55,292 nt of DNA from Thermodesulfobacteriota bacterium (GTDB lineage Bacteria; Desulfobacterota; Desulfobulbia; Desulfobulbales; SURF-16): the NCBI GenBank assembly GCA_040755455.1, contig JBFMAY010000026.1, forward strand, positions 1 to 55,292. Reading direction: 5' to 3'. The translations under genes were made by a program, and so were the position numbers. The notes beneath the pieces are model-generated. The model did no database searches, was not told where the DNA came from, and was given only the letters and a program-made list of their open reading frames with translations. Below, piece after piece: positions 18,216 to 28,114 of this stretch (position 1 is the first letter of the stretch; each line of letters starts with the position of its first letter).

Positions 18216-19199
18216 ATGCTTGAAATCCGCAACCTGCGCATCAATCCCCCGCTGTTGCTTGCTCCCATGGCCGGACTCACCCATTCCGGTTTCAGATCCC
18301 TGCTGCTGCGTTTGGGTGGGGTGGGGCTGCTCTCCACGGAAATGCTGTCCGCCAGAAGGCTGCCCATGGAAAATGCGGCCGTCTCTCCCTTTCTGGTCAG
18401 CACCGAGGCGGAGCATCCGCTTTCCTACCAGCTGCTGGTGGCGGACCAAGCCCATCTGGCCGCAGCCATTGACCGGGTGCACCAGCTTGGCGGTGATGCC
18501 ATTGATCTGAATCTGGGCTGCCCTGCTCCAAAGGTGCGGAATTTCGGCGGCGGCAGCAAACTTGTTGATGATACCGAGCATCTGCGGCGGCTGGTGGCCG
18601 AGGCCAGGTCGCGCACCGAACTGCCCCTTACCGCCAAGATCAGACTGGGGGAGGAGTTGGATGCAGCACGCCTGGAAAATCTTTGCCGGATGCTGGAAGG
18701 GGAGGGCATTGATCTCCTCACCGTCCATGCCCGGCTGCGCAAAGAACCTTTCAGCCGGAAACCGCGCTGGGAATGGGTGGGCAAGGTGAAAAACTGGCTG
18801 TCCATCCCGGTGGTGGCCAATGGCGGCATCTTCAGTGTCGAAGACGGCCGCCGCTGCCTGGAGCTTTCCGGGGCCGACGGCCTGATGCTCGGCCGGGGCG
18901 CGGCGGTCAGGCCCTGGCTCTTTCATGAAATCGCCGCGGAGCTGTACGGCATCGATCTGGCCCCGCTGGACATTGATCGACCGGCCATCTATTTTCTCTT
19001 TATCGATCAGCTTGAAGAACGTTTCCGGCCGGAGCGCCGACTGGGCCGCCTGAAGGAATTCACCCATTACTTCAGCAAGACCTATCCGTTCGGACTGCGG
19101 CTCGCCTCGGCGGTGCAGACCAGCAGTTCCGTTGAGGAGGCCCGGGAGCGGGCAGGCATTTTCTTCGCCCGCAGCGGTGCCCAGCCGATTTTAACGTGA
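18216..19199 (+). CDS. tRNA-dihydrouridine synthase (Dus family)
   Basis: LAPMAG, DLNLGCP, TVHAR, VANGGI, GLMLGRG. Confidence 0.92.
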   Translation: MLEIRNLRINPPLLLAPMAGLTHSGFRSLLLRLGGVGLLSTEMLSARRLPMENAAVSPFLVSTEAEHPLSYQLLVADQAHLAAAIDRVHQLGGDAIDLNLGCPAPKVRNFGGGSKLVDDTEHLRRLVAEARSRTELPLTAKIRLGEELDAARLENLCRMLEGEGIDLLTVHARLRKEPFSRKPRWEWVGKVKNWLSIPVVANGGIFSVEDGRRCLELSGADGLMLGRGAAVRPWLFHEIAAELYGIDLAPLDIDRPAIYFLFIDQLEERFRPERRLGRLKEFTHYFSKTYPFGLRLASAVQTSSSVEEARERAGIFFARSGAQPILT

Positions 19200-19496
19200 G
19201 CGGCTGAACACCGGCTGGACAAAGTTTGCACCGCTCTGCTTTCACAAAAAATATGGCGAACAAAATTCCCCTGTCACCTGTCCTGCAGAGTACACACCAG
19301 GATTTCCGCTATGCCGGGATGACTCTTGAGCGTTTTGCATACTGCGAAGAAGAAAAAAACAAAATTTTACGTTATTCCAGCTGGAATAAGTTGTTTTCCC
19401 AACATATTTTATGATAATTTACCTGATAGTGGTTTTATCCTGCGCCGGCCTTTAGTTGGAGAGTAAATAATTTCCCCCGCAGAGCAAGAGCAAATT

Positions 19497-20276
19497 ATGA
19501 ATATACTCAAGCGAACCCATCTTCTGTCTGTCCTCACCACATTTCTTGTCTGCTTTTCAATCTTTCCTGCCCAGGCCGGAATCCTGACCAGCCAGACATC
19601 GATGGCCGTCTGCAAGAAAGTTGCCCCCATGCTTGAGATGGAGCTTGCCAAGTTGGGGGTTGAAGTCGGCAACCCGATCTTTATCAGGATCTTCAAGGAG
19701 TCCCGTGAACTTGAATTGTGGGTGCAGCGGGACGAGGAATACAAACTGTTTAAGACCTATGAAATATGCAATTTTTCCGGCCAGCTAGGTCCCAAACTCA
19801 AAGAAGGGGATGAGCAAAGCCCGGAAGGTTTTTATTCTGTCGGTGATCGGCAATTAAACCCCAACAGCCATTATCATCTCTCCTTTGACATCGGTTACCC
19901 CAACACCTACGACAAACTGCACGGCAGAACCGGCAGCGCCCTGATGATTCACGGCGACTGCATTTCCGTCGGCTGCTTCGCCATGACGGACAGCAGGATC
20001 GAAGAAATATATACCCTGGCGCAAGAGGCCCTGCGCAACGGCCAGCGATTTTTCCGGGTCCACATATTCCCCTTCAGAATGACCGAGAGGAACATGAGAA
20101 AACACCAGAATTCCAAATGGTTCAGCTTCTGGCAAAACCTGAAGGAAGGGTATGACTATTTCGAGCAGACCAAAATGCCGCCGCAAATCAATGTGATAGG
20201 GAAACGCTATGTCTGCCAACCCGACTACACGGAAACCGCCGGCAACCAGAGGAAAACCAACAAAATCTACAATTAG
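19497..20276 (+). CDS. L,D-transpeptidase-family protein (YafK/DpaA-like)
   Basis: Signal peptide; IRIFKESRELELW, GPKLKEGDEQSPEGFY, IHGDCISVGCFAM (YkuD His/Cys). Confidence 0.88.
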   Translation: MNILKRTHLLSVLTTFLVCFSIFPAQAGILTSQTSMAVCKKVAPMLEMELAKLGVEVGNPIFIRIFKESRELELWVQRDEEYKLFKTYEICNFSGQLGPKLKEGDEQSPEGFYSVGDRQLNPNSHYHLSFDIGYPNTYDKLHGRTGSALMIHGDCISVGCFAMTDSRIEEIYTLAQEALRNGQRFFRVHIFPFRMTERNMRKHQNSKWFSFWQNLKEGYDYFEQTKMPPQINVIGKRYVCQPDYTETAGNQRKTNKIYN

Positions 20277-20305
20277 GGCTCTCTAACCATTTCGTTATGG
20301 ACCAT

Positions 20306-22732
20306 TTAGAGATTGCCCGCAACCGGCCTGACCCAGCACTTTCGTTTCCCAAGAATTTTATACAGCATGGCCGGTAGTTCGCCGGGCAGCTGATAGTCCT
20401 TATCCGTGTCCTCCCGAAAGATGAAGGCGGTCTTGCGATCCATATCCTTCCAGGTCGAAATCCGCGACTCAACGGCGATTGTCTCAAAAAGAAACCAGTT
20501 ATACAGGTTGTTAACTGTCGTTGTCCCGGCCCCAAGACTTCCCAGCATGTCCAGCTTGTTGCAGAATGCCTGGGTGAGATCCGAGTAAATCTTGATGCCT
20601 CCGCACGCCCCTATGCTGAGAAAACGCTGTTTGTCCGTCAGCTTTTCATTGCTGACCCTCTCTGCTTTGAGCAGGTTCTGCAGGGGATCGAGAATATGGT
20701 CATTAAGCCAATAGCTGTGGCCGCGGGGGGCATACATCTCGTGTTCGCCTAGCAGAAACTGCTCCAACAGCTTCTGCTGGGCATCGCTGTTATAAAAAAC
20801 ACAAATGCTGTGCGAGATCTGCACCCTGTTGACGGTTTTCACGAAGTCGACCACCAGGGGGGTTTCCTTGAGAAACCGGAAGAGCCGCTCCAGACTACCG
20901 TGCTGCTTACGGCTAACCGGCCTGAGCAGCCCCGCCAGCTCATCTCTGACAATACTGTCGGACTCGTTTGTCCTGAAGCCGGTGCTTGGCCGGGGGAGAT
21001 ATCCCTTGCTTAACAGCAGGTTGCAGTTGGCAATAAATGAGCTGCGGCCATCATCATCGCCGTGAAAAACGGACAGTCCGCTCAGCATCCCGTCCTGTAA
21101 CCATTCGGCAAAAGGGGTTCTGATGTAACTGGTCAGAGGGGGGGCGTCATATTGTGCCAGCAGCTCTCTGATGCGTGCCCCATTTTCAGCACCCAGCACT
21201 TTTGGTTTACCTTCCAGGTAATACTGCAGGATGGTCCTGATCTGCTCGGCGAAAATACTGGAATCCCGGGCGCGGGAAATCATCGTATCAATGAGAAAAA
21301 TACGTGTAGCCGGCAGGATGCCATCCAGCAGTTTTTCAAATGTGGCGGCAAAAAGCACCAGGCTGTTTTCATCCTTGAATGCCGAGGCGGTTGCCAGAGC
21401 AATAATATCTTCCTGGCCTTGTACATCCGGGGGGAAAAACATGGCCAGCCGGGCCTTCAGGGAGAGACTGGAAACAAAGTTGCCAACATTGACATTTTCC
21501 GGATCAACCGCCTGCATAAAATGCAGCAGGCTGCCCTGATAGGCAGCGGCAATTCTCTTGTGCAGCTCCGGAATCAGGATAAGACGAAACGAGCTGTCAT
21601 AGAGGATGGAAACCTTGGTCATCACCGCATAAATATTGGCGGTACTGAGCCTTTTGGCCGTCTCCTTGCGGGCGAAAGCGGTTGCCTCTCGCAGGCAGGC
21701 GATAGCACCATATTTATCTCCCTTTTTGGCCAGGCCGGCAAACCTGGCATCAAACCGGCTTCTGGTCTCCGGGGGAAAGCGAGCAAAAAAAGCACCCAGC
21801 TGCTGAAAAGAAAATGAGGCAAGCTGGCCATCGGAAATTTCATCGCCGTCCCGGTTGGTGACGGAATGGAGATTATTGATCGCCAGGACAATATGCTCCG
21901 AGGCATCGAGGTACGCCTTCAGCAGAATCGTTTTTTTCCTGGGAGGAAGCATTTGATAATCGGCATCGTGCTCTATTTCCGGTCTGGTAAAATAGCCGGT
22001 CAGCCAGGCGTGGGCATCAGCGGCCGTCATTTCCGGCAGGGCAAGCAAGGCCTTGACGGTCAACATATTGTCAGGGCTGATCATGCTGATCGCGGCCATA
22101 TTCATCAGCGCTTCCTGCACCTTGATCAAGGCAATCTTGCTGTTCGCCTCCACCGCCCAGCACTGGGCCTGGGAAAGCGGCCTGATGATCTTGAGCCCCT
22201 GGAGCACGCTGTCATCCGTATGGCCATTGATTTCAAAAAAGGCCTTGGCCGCCCAGCGGGCCGCGTCACTCATTTCACGCAGCATCAGGATGGATGACAA
22301 GGCCTGCGCAGGACTAAGTGAAGAATTGCGGCACAGACTCACCCCGGCCCACACGGACACGTAATCCAACTTTTTTATTTCTTCGAGGGCGTTCAGGGCG
22401 CCTGGCAGATCAACTCCCGCCAGCATGCAGAACTGTTCAAAAAGCAGGAGATGCTCATAGTTGATCGGCTCGCCGGTGAGGGCAGGCAGCAGTTTGAGGG
22501 CCTCGGCGGCGGTCATATCGGGCAGACTGCATAGGGCTCTGAAAACCCTCATGTTCGTATAATCAAGTTTTTCGATAATTCCCCTGCTGTTTTCCAGCTG
22601 CTCTGCCGTGACACCGGGCACCTTACTCAACACCTCCAGGGTGCGCTCCACTGCCCCGCCCGCCTGCACAGTGGAGCCAAGAGACAGAAGCAAGACAACA
22701 GTCAAAACCATTTTCAGGAACAAGACCCGCAT
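20306..22732 (-). CDS. Large exported hypothetical protein with ~32-aa helical repeats and possible His/Cys catalytic domain
   Basis: Signal-peptide-like MRVLFLKMVLTVVLLLSLGSTVQA; repeats in N-half; RGHSYW and FLSIGACGG near C-terminus. Confidence 0.7.
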   Translation of the reverse strand: MRVLFLKMVLTVVLLLSLGSTVQAGGAVERTLEVLSKVPGVTAEQLENSRGIIEKLDYTNMRVFRALCSLPDMTAAEALKLLPALTGEPINYEHLLLFEQFCMLAGVDLPGALNALEEIKKLDYVSVWAGVSLCRNSSLSPAQALSSILMLREMSDAARWAAKAFFEINGHTDDSVLQGLKIIRPLSQAQCWAVEANSKIALIKVQEALMNMAAISMISPDNMLTVKALLALPEMTAADAHAWLTGYFTRPEIEHDADYQMLPPRKKTILLKAYLDASEHIVLAINNLHSVTNRDGDEISDGQLASFSFQQLGAFFARFPPETRSRFDARFAGLAKKGDKYGAIACLREATAFARKETAKRLSTANIYAVMTKVSILYDSSFRLILIPELHKRIAAAYQGSLLHFMQAVDPENVNVGNFVSSLSLKARLAMFFPPDVQGQEDIIALATASAFKDENSLVLFAATFEKLLDGILPATRIFLIDTMISRARDSSIFAEQIRTILQYYLEGKPKVLGAENGARIRELLAQYDAPPLTSYIRTPFAEWLQDGMLSGLSVFHGDDDGRSSFIANCNLLLSKGYLPRPSTGFRTNESDSIVRDELAGLLRPVSRKQHGSLERLFRFLKETPLVVDFVKTVNRVQISHSICVFYNSDAQQKLLEQFLLGEHEMYAPRGHSYWLNDHILDPLQNLLKAERVSNEKLTDKQRFLSIGACGGIKIYSDLTQAFCNKLDMLGSLGAGTTTVNNLYNWFLFETIAVESRISTWKDMDRKTAFIFREDTDKDYQLPGELPAMLYKILGKRKCWVRPVAGNL

Positions 22733-23211
22733 GGGCAACATGTTAGTCTTGGCGCCCAGAAAAGCGGGAAGCAGGGTGCAAAATCCTGAAATGATATGAC
22801 GCATCTTTTCGAACCGTTTCATGTGGGATGGTACCGGCTTTTCCTCTGTCAGCCTTGATGGCAAGGAATCATTATTTCAATTTGCCACACCTTCCCGGCA
22901 TAATTCAACCGTGGAAGCGCCAAAGGTTAAGAAATGTAAAACCAGCCTTGGCAAAGTTTCCCGGAGAGTGGAAGCAAAAACGACTTGGTCACGCCATGAA
23001 CAGGCAACGCTGAACGGCCCCGGCCATTTCTTGCTGAAAATCCGTACTATTCCAGGGAACCATCCGCATGTTCTGCACGTGAAGAATAAATAAAGAGAAT
23101 TCTTTTTAAAGGAGAGCAACAATTTTTGCGTGACAATTTGCCACATTTCTTTTTTCCCGAAAACACTTTAATAACTACAAAAAAATCAGCCAATCGACAA
23201 GGGTAAACAAT

Positions 23212-23607
23212 ATGCTGGAAAGAAGAAAGAGTCAGAGATTTAAAGTTGGCAACGGCCACTTTATTATACATTCAAGAAATGTTGGCAAGATTGAAGATAT
23301 CAGCATGGGAGGAATATGCTGCTCATGCATAAACGAAGAGTTCGACCCAGCATCAGAGAATAAAATAGATATACGATGCCCGAAAAATAATATGTATTTA
23401 GAGAAACTTGGTATTAATATTCTGGAAACGGAAATAACAAGTGGTGCATCAATATTTAATGTATTTACCAGGATATGCCATTTAAAATTCCAGAAATTAA
23501 CCGAGGAGCAGATTCATCAATTAAATAATTTCATTCTGCAGAACGCCCTTGGCGGTAGAGATTATTCAGCACAGAGGGTTGCATATCAGGTCAATCACAA
23601 TATTTAG
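23212..23607 (+). CDS. PilZ-domain protein
   Basis: ERRKSQRF (RxxxR) and DISMGG (DxSxxG) c-di-GMP motifs; AT-rich. Confidence 0.85.
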   Translation: MLERRKSQRFKVGNGHFIIHSRNVGKIEDISMGGICCSCINEEFDPASENKIDIRCPKNNMYLEKLGINILETEITSGASIFNVFTRICHLKFQKLTEEQIHQLNNFILQNALGGRDYSAQRVAYQVNHNI

Positions 23608-23796
23608 GAGCCTTATGCCGGCCGCGGCATTTCAATGTAAAATTTATTTTGGCACGACGGCTAAGTCCCTATCCCGCCCATTTCATCTGCATTAATCCTT
23701 TCCGCCATCATTTTCCCTGCGCCTCAGGATGGGACAATCAATATGCAATTGTCCCCTCAGCCGGATGCAAGAGATGGCGATGCCATCACCTTTCTC

Positions 23797-25587
23797 CTAT
23801 GAGTGCAGAAGGAGAAAAGGATCCTTGGATTCCCACAGCCTTTTTTGGGAGGCTTTTTTCCCCTTTTCCTTTTTGTGTCCGGCGGCCCTGGCCCTGGTGT
23901 TTCCGGCTGATTTCCCATCAGCTGCGGCACTGTCCTTTTGCCGTTTTGGCCGGGCAGCGGCGGCGGCAATCTCTATCGAAACATCCTTGCCGTTAATCAT
24001 CAGGCCGGCAAAGGCCTTGAGAACGTGCGGCGCAAACCTGCTCTCCGCCTCCAGCATGGAAGAATAGTTCATGACCTCGATCTTGCCGATTCTGATGCGG
24101 GGAATGGCGGTATTATCATTGATTTGGCCGATGAGCCGCGCCGGGTGCACCCCATCCTTTTTGCCCACATTGATGAGGAAGCGGGTGAACTTTTCATCGT
24201 TGGCCGGCCTGGAAGCTTTTCCCTCTTTTTTTTGCCGGGACTCCTGCTTTTTCTCCCTGTCAGAGATGTTCAAATCCGGCGCATCCCGATACACCTCGAG
24301 AAACCTGCTGAATTCAATGGAAAAAAACCGCTTAATCAGTTCTTCCCGGTCCAGGGATGCCAGCTCGTCAGCAATGGCGGCAAAAAAAGGTTGCAGCTGT
24401 TCATGGGCCACGTCGACATTTTTTACCGTATCGACCAGACGAAAGAGCTGTTTCCGGCAGATTTCATGGCCGCTCGGTATGCGTCCTTCCTCAAAAGTCC
24501 GCTTGAGAATCTTTTCAATTTCCCTGATCTTAAACCTTTCCCGCATGTGGATGATGGCGATGGACGTACCCGCTTTCCCGGCTCGTCCGGTGCGGCCGCT
24601 GCGGTGGGTGTAATTTGCTATCTCATCCGGCAGGTTATAGTTGATGACATGGGTCAGATCATTCACATCCAGGCCGCGGGCCGCCACATCGGTTGCCACC
24701 AGCAGCTGCAGATTCCGGCTGCGGAATTTATTCATCACCTGATCCCGCTGGGCCTGCGAAAGCTCGCCGTGCAGGGCATCGGCCCCGTAGCCGTTCTGGT
24801 TCAGCTGCTCTGCGACCTCATTGGTTTCCTGGCGTGTCCGGCAAAAAATAATGGCATAGATATCAGGATTCATGTCGACGATGCGGCGCAGGGCCAGGAA
24901 TCTGTCGCGTGCCTGCACCATATAATAGATATGCCGGATGTTCTCTGCTCCGGCATTGCGCTGGCCGATGGTGATCTCCACCGGTTTGTTCATGTACTTG
25001 CTGGCGATTTCCGCCACACCCCTGGGCATGGTCGCGGAAAACAGCAGGGTATTTTTGCCGGCAGGGGTGCTGGCCAATATGGCATTCAGTTCATCCTGAA
25101 AACCCATCTGCAGCATTTCATCCGCCTCATCAAGCACAACGTGGCGGATAGCGGAAATATCCACCGCACCCCGCCGGATCAGATCATGCAACCGTCCAGG
25201 GGTTGCCACAATAATCTGTGCTCCCTGACGCAGCGCTCTGATCTGCCCGTCAATGCTGGCGCCGCCGTATACGGCCACAACATGTAAACCGGCAACATAT
25301 CGGGCAAGATCGCCGATATCTCTGGCCACCTGAACGCAAAGCTCCCTGGTGGGGCATAAAATCAGAGCCTGGGTCTGACGGCGGTGAATATCAGTCAATT
25401 GAATGAGGGGAATGCCAAAAGCCGCCGTCTTGCCTGTGCCGGTCTGGGCCAAGCCGACCAGATCGGCCTGTCGGTTGAGCACCATGGGAATGACCTGTTC
25501 CTGCACCGAGGTGGGATCAGTGAAACCCAACTCATGAATTGCCCTGCGAATAGTATCCTGAACGCCTAATTCTGCAAATGTCGTCAT
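23797..25587 (-). CDS. DEAD-box RNA helicase (DeaD/CsdA-like, C-terminal DbpA-type RNA-binding domain)
   Basis: AQTGTGKT, PTRELC, TPGR, DEAD, SAT, ARGLD, HRSGRTGRAG. Confidence 0.95.
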   Translation of the reverse strand: MTTFAELGVQDTIRRAIHELGFTDPTSVQEQVIPMVLNRQADLVGLAQTGTGKTAAFGIPLIQLTDIHRRQTQALILCPTRELCVQVARDIGDLARYVAGLHVVAVYGGASIDGQIRALRQGAQIIVATPGRLHDLIRRGAVDISAIRHVVLDEADEMLQMGFQDELNAILASTPAGKNTLLFSATMPRGVAEIASKYMNKPVEITIGQRNAGAENIRHIYYMVQARDRFLALRRIVDMNPDIYAIIFCRTRQETNEVAEQLNQNGYGADALHGELSQAQRDQVMNKFRSRNLQLLVATDVAARGLDVNDLTHVINYNLPDEIANYTHRSGRTGRAGKAGTSIAIIHMRERFKIREIEKILKRTFEEGRIPSGHEICRKQLFRLVDTVKNVDVAHEQLQPFFAAIADELASLDREELIKRFFSIEFSRFLEVYRDAPDLNISDREKKQESRQKKEGKASRPANDEKFTRFLINVGKKDGVHPARLIGQINDNTAIPRIRIGKIEVMNYSSMLEAESRFAPHVLKAFAGLMINGKDVSIEIAAAAARPKRQKDSAAADGKSAGNTRARAAGHKKEKGKKASQKRLWESKDPFLLLHS

Positions 25588-25699
25588 ATCTTTCTTCTGT
25601 GTAATAAATGGTTGCAGGGCAAGAGGATGTTGTTTCCGGCACTGCATGAAAAACTGATTACCACCCGTTTACCGGATTGGCCGTATTGGAGTGAAAATC

Positions 25700-25724
25700 A
25701 AAAAAGCCCCGCGGTAGGCGGGGC
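25700..25724 (-). terminator. Intrinsic terminator between csp and DEAD helicase
   Basis: Minus strand GCCCCGC-CTACC-GCGGGGC-TTTTTT. Confidence 0.8.
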
Positions 25725-25747
25725 AGGAGCGTTAATTCGTATAGTTT

Positions 25748-25948
25748 TTATAACTGAGTGACATTAGCGGCAGCCGGACCTTTGGGACCGTCTACGATCT
25801 CAAACTGGACCCGTGCCCCCTCATCGAGGGATTTATAACCCTGGCTATTAATGGCGGAATGATGAACGAAAACGTCACCGCCTTTATCAGACTCAATAAA
25901 ACCAAAACCTTTTGCCGCGTTAAACCACTTCACTTTACCTTCAATCAC
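25748..25948 (-). CDS. Cold-shock protein (CspA family)
   Basis: [15 protein letters not shown] (RNP1), DVFVHHSAI (RNP2); GTG start 9 nt after AAGGAG. Confidence 0.96.
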   Translation of the reverse strand: MIEGKVKWFNAAKGFGFIESDKGGDVFVHHSAINSQGYKSLDEGARVQFEIVDGPKGPAAANVTQL

Positions 25949-26053
25949 GTCGCCATACTCCTTGTAATCGGGCTCAACCTGGAGCCATTAAAAATTCGGT
26001 CTTGCCGACATAGGCAACAATGACCGGTAAGCCTGACGTTTTGGTCATTAAAC

Positions 26054-26094
26054 AAAAAAAAACCGCACTGCCTCGTCTGGAGGATTATGCGGTT
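26054..26094 (-). terminator. Terminator-like hairpin in the csp upstream/leader region
   Basis: Minus strand AACCGCA...TGCGGTT followed by a long T run, about 105 nt upstream of the csp start. Confidence 0.6.
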
Positions 26095-26365
26095 AACTTT
26101 CTTGTATTGTTAATACTTCAAACAGTCACAGCTCAGTATGAAAGAGGTTTATAGCATACAACACGGCAAAAGAAAATGTTTTTTTAGGCATTCTCGCAAA
26201 TAAATTAATAATTGTTATCAAACAGGACACTCTCTCCCCATGCCAGGCTAGGAATAATACCTATTTTTTTAATCTTTTGCTTGACCCGAACCAAAACCGC
26301 ATCTTACAACAAGAATAAGAATGAAAACTGATCTTCCCCAAATAAAGCCGTAAAGGAGAAAAAGG

Positions 26366-27154
26366 ATGAAAAGAGCGATGGCTAACACGTTGCAAGCAGG
26401 AGTGTTTCTTGGCTTATGCATTTCTTTGTGCGGAACAGGAATTGCCGTGGCCGGGGCCAAGAGCCATGAATATGGCAACGTGCTCATGCGTCAGCCCGGC
26501 AAAGAGGACACCGCTCTTCCCGTTACCTTCCGGCACTGGTCCCATCGCGGTAAATATACCTGCCGCCTCTGTCATGTCGATCTTGAATTTTCCCAGCTGG
26601 CCAATGGCACCGGCGTCACGGAAGAGGATAATCGCAACGGCATGTACTGCGGCGCATGCCATAACGGCAAAGAGGCTTTTGCCCTTGAAACCTGCACCAG
26701 ATGCCATCCCAAGGACAAACAGCATGAACAGGAACTGGAACAGCAGGCCAAGCGGGAATTTCAGGAATTAAAGAAAAACATGCCGCCTGCCACCTATGGC
26801 AACAAGATTGACTGGATGAAGGCCGAGGAAGAGGGTATCATCAAGCCCAAGGACGTTCTGGAGGGGGTCAGTCTCCGCAGGAACGAAAAAATGGTCAACA
26901 CGCGGGAAGAGCCCCGCACTCCGGCCCTGCCCGGTTTGCCAAACATTATTTTCTCCCACGCCAAACATGTGGTCTGGAATGGCTGCGGCATGTGCCATCC
27001 GGACAGCTTTGCCATTGAAAGCGGCAAAACCCCGATCACCATGAAGGAGATAACCGAAGGAAAATTCTGCGGACGCTGCCACGGAACAATCGCCTTTGCA
27101 CTCAACGACTGCACCCGCTGCCATTCGAAGCCTGTATTAAATCCCGGCTCATGA
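26366..27154 (+). CDS. Exported hexaheme cytochrome c (two c7-type triheme domains)
   Basis: Signal peptide; CRLCH, CGACH, CTRCH, CGMCH, CGRCH, CTRCH; FxH distal ligands. Confidence 0.9.
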   Translation: MKRAMANTLQAGVFLGLCISLCGTGIAVAGAKSHEYGNVLMRQPGKEDTALPVTFRHWSHRGKYTCRLCHVDLEFSQLANGTGVTEEDNRNGMYCGACHNGKEAFALETCTRCHPKDKQHEQELEQQAKREFQELKKNMPPATYGNKIDWMKAEEEGIIKPKDVLEGVSLRRNEKMVNTREEPRTPALPGLPNIIFSHAKHVVWNGCGMCHPDSFAIESGKTPITMKEITEGKFCGRCHGTIAFALNDCTRCHSKPVLNPGS

Positions 27155-28086
27155 TCGGTATGGTCTTTCTGAAAAAAAGCACCGGCTTGGCCGGCATAAA
27201 CAAGCCCCGCCGCGTGGTCGGGCTGACCACCTTGCTGTGTCTCCTGCTGGCCGGGTGCGGTGACAACTTTGACCGCTTTCTTGCCCGGCAGGAGCTTGAA
27301 GAGCCGGGCAACCCCGTCTTCCAGAAAAAATACTCCACCGAGTCCCTGTCGCGTTCCGAACTGAACCTGCTGCTGGACATGGCCCTCTATAAAGGACCAC
27401 CGGAACAATATGGGGATATTGTGCTGCGTGACCGCAGCGAAAAACACCGCATGGATCCGGTTGTTTTCTCCCACCGCATCCACCGCAGCAGATTCACCTG
27501 CCGGGTCTGCCACGTCGAGCTGGAATTCAGCATGAAAAAAGGGGGAACAGGCATCACCAGGGAGGAATATCTGGAGGGGCTCTATTGCGGGGCCTGCCAC
27601 AACGGGCAGGTCGCCTTTTCCGTCAAATACTCCTGCAACCTGTGTCATGTCAAAGTTGACAAGCAAGGCCATTACCAGGCCAAGAAAGATGCCATGCTGG
27701 GCGGCAGGAATCTGCCCGTCCAGGAGTATGGCGATGGTATCAACTGGATGGAAGCGATCAAAAACGGGGCAATCTCCCCCCGCAATGCACTCAATGCGGA
27801 AAACGCCTCGCCATCCATGCCGTTGCCCATACATCTGAAAAGGCCGCTGCGCTGGACCACCCGCTCTCCAAGAACCCTGGTGGTCTTTTCCCACGAGTCA
27901 CATATCCTGTGGCTGGACTGCGCCAACTGTCATCCCGACCTGTTCTCCATCGCCCAGATGGGCACCGTGGAATTCGACAAGGAAAAGAATCTGTACGGCA
28001 TGTATTGCGGCACCTGCCACATGACCGTCGCTTTCCCGATGAACGGCTGCAACCGCTGCCATCCTGACCAGAAAAACAGACTGTAA
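27151..28086 (+). CDS. Lipoprotein hexaheme cytochrome c (two c7-type triheme domains)
   Basis: LLAGC lipobox; CRVCH, CGACH, CNLCH, CANCH, CGTCH, CNRCH; ATGA overlap with upstream gene. Confidence 0.9.
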   Translation: MIGMVFLKKSTGLAGINKPRRVVGLTTLLCLLLAGCGDNFDRFLARQELEEPGNPVFQKKYSTESLSRSELNLLLDMALYKGPPEQYGDIVLRDRSEKHRMDPVVFSHRIHRSRFTCRVCHVELEFSMKKGGTGITREEYLEGLYCGACHNGQVAFSVKYSCNLCHVKVDKQGHYQAKKDAMLGGRNLPVQEYGDGINWMEAIKNGAISPRNALNAENASPSMPLPIHLKRPLRWTTRSPRTLVVFSHESHILWLDCANCHPDLFSIAQMGTVEFDKEKNLYGMYCGTCHMTVAFPMNGCNRCHPDQKNRL

Positions 28087-28114
28087 TTGCTGACCAACCC
28101 ATTAAGAGTGCAGC

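Noticed and set aside
23650..23665. TGGCACG as a sigma54 -24 box
   Set aside because: No TTGC at -12 and it points into a convergent gene end
25945..25956. Mini-ORF ATG GCG ACG TGA overlapping the csp GTG start
   Set aside because: The ATG is only 1 nt from the AAGGAG RBS whereas the GTG is at 9 nt; unlikely to be translated
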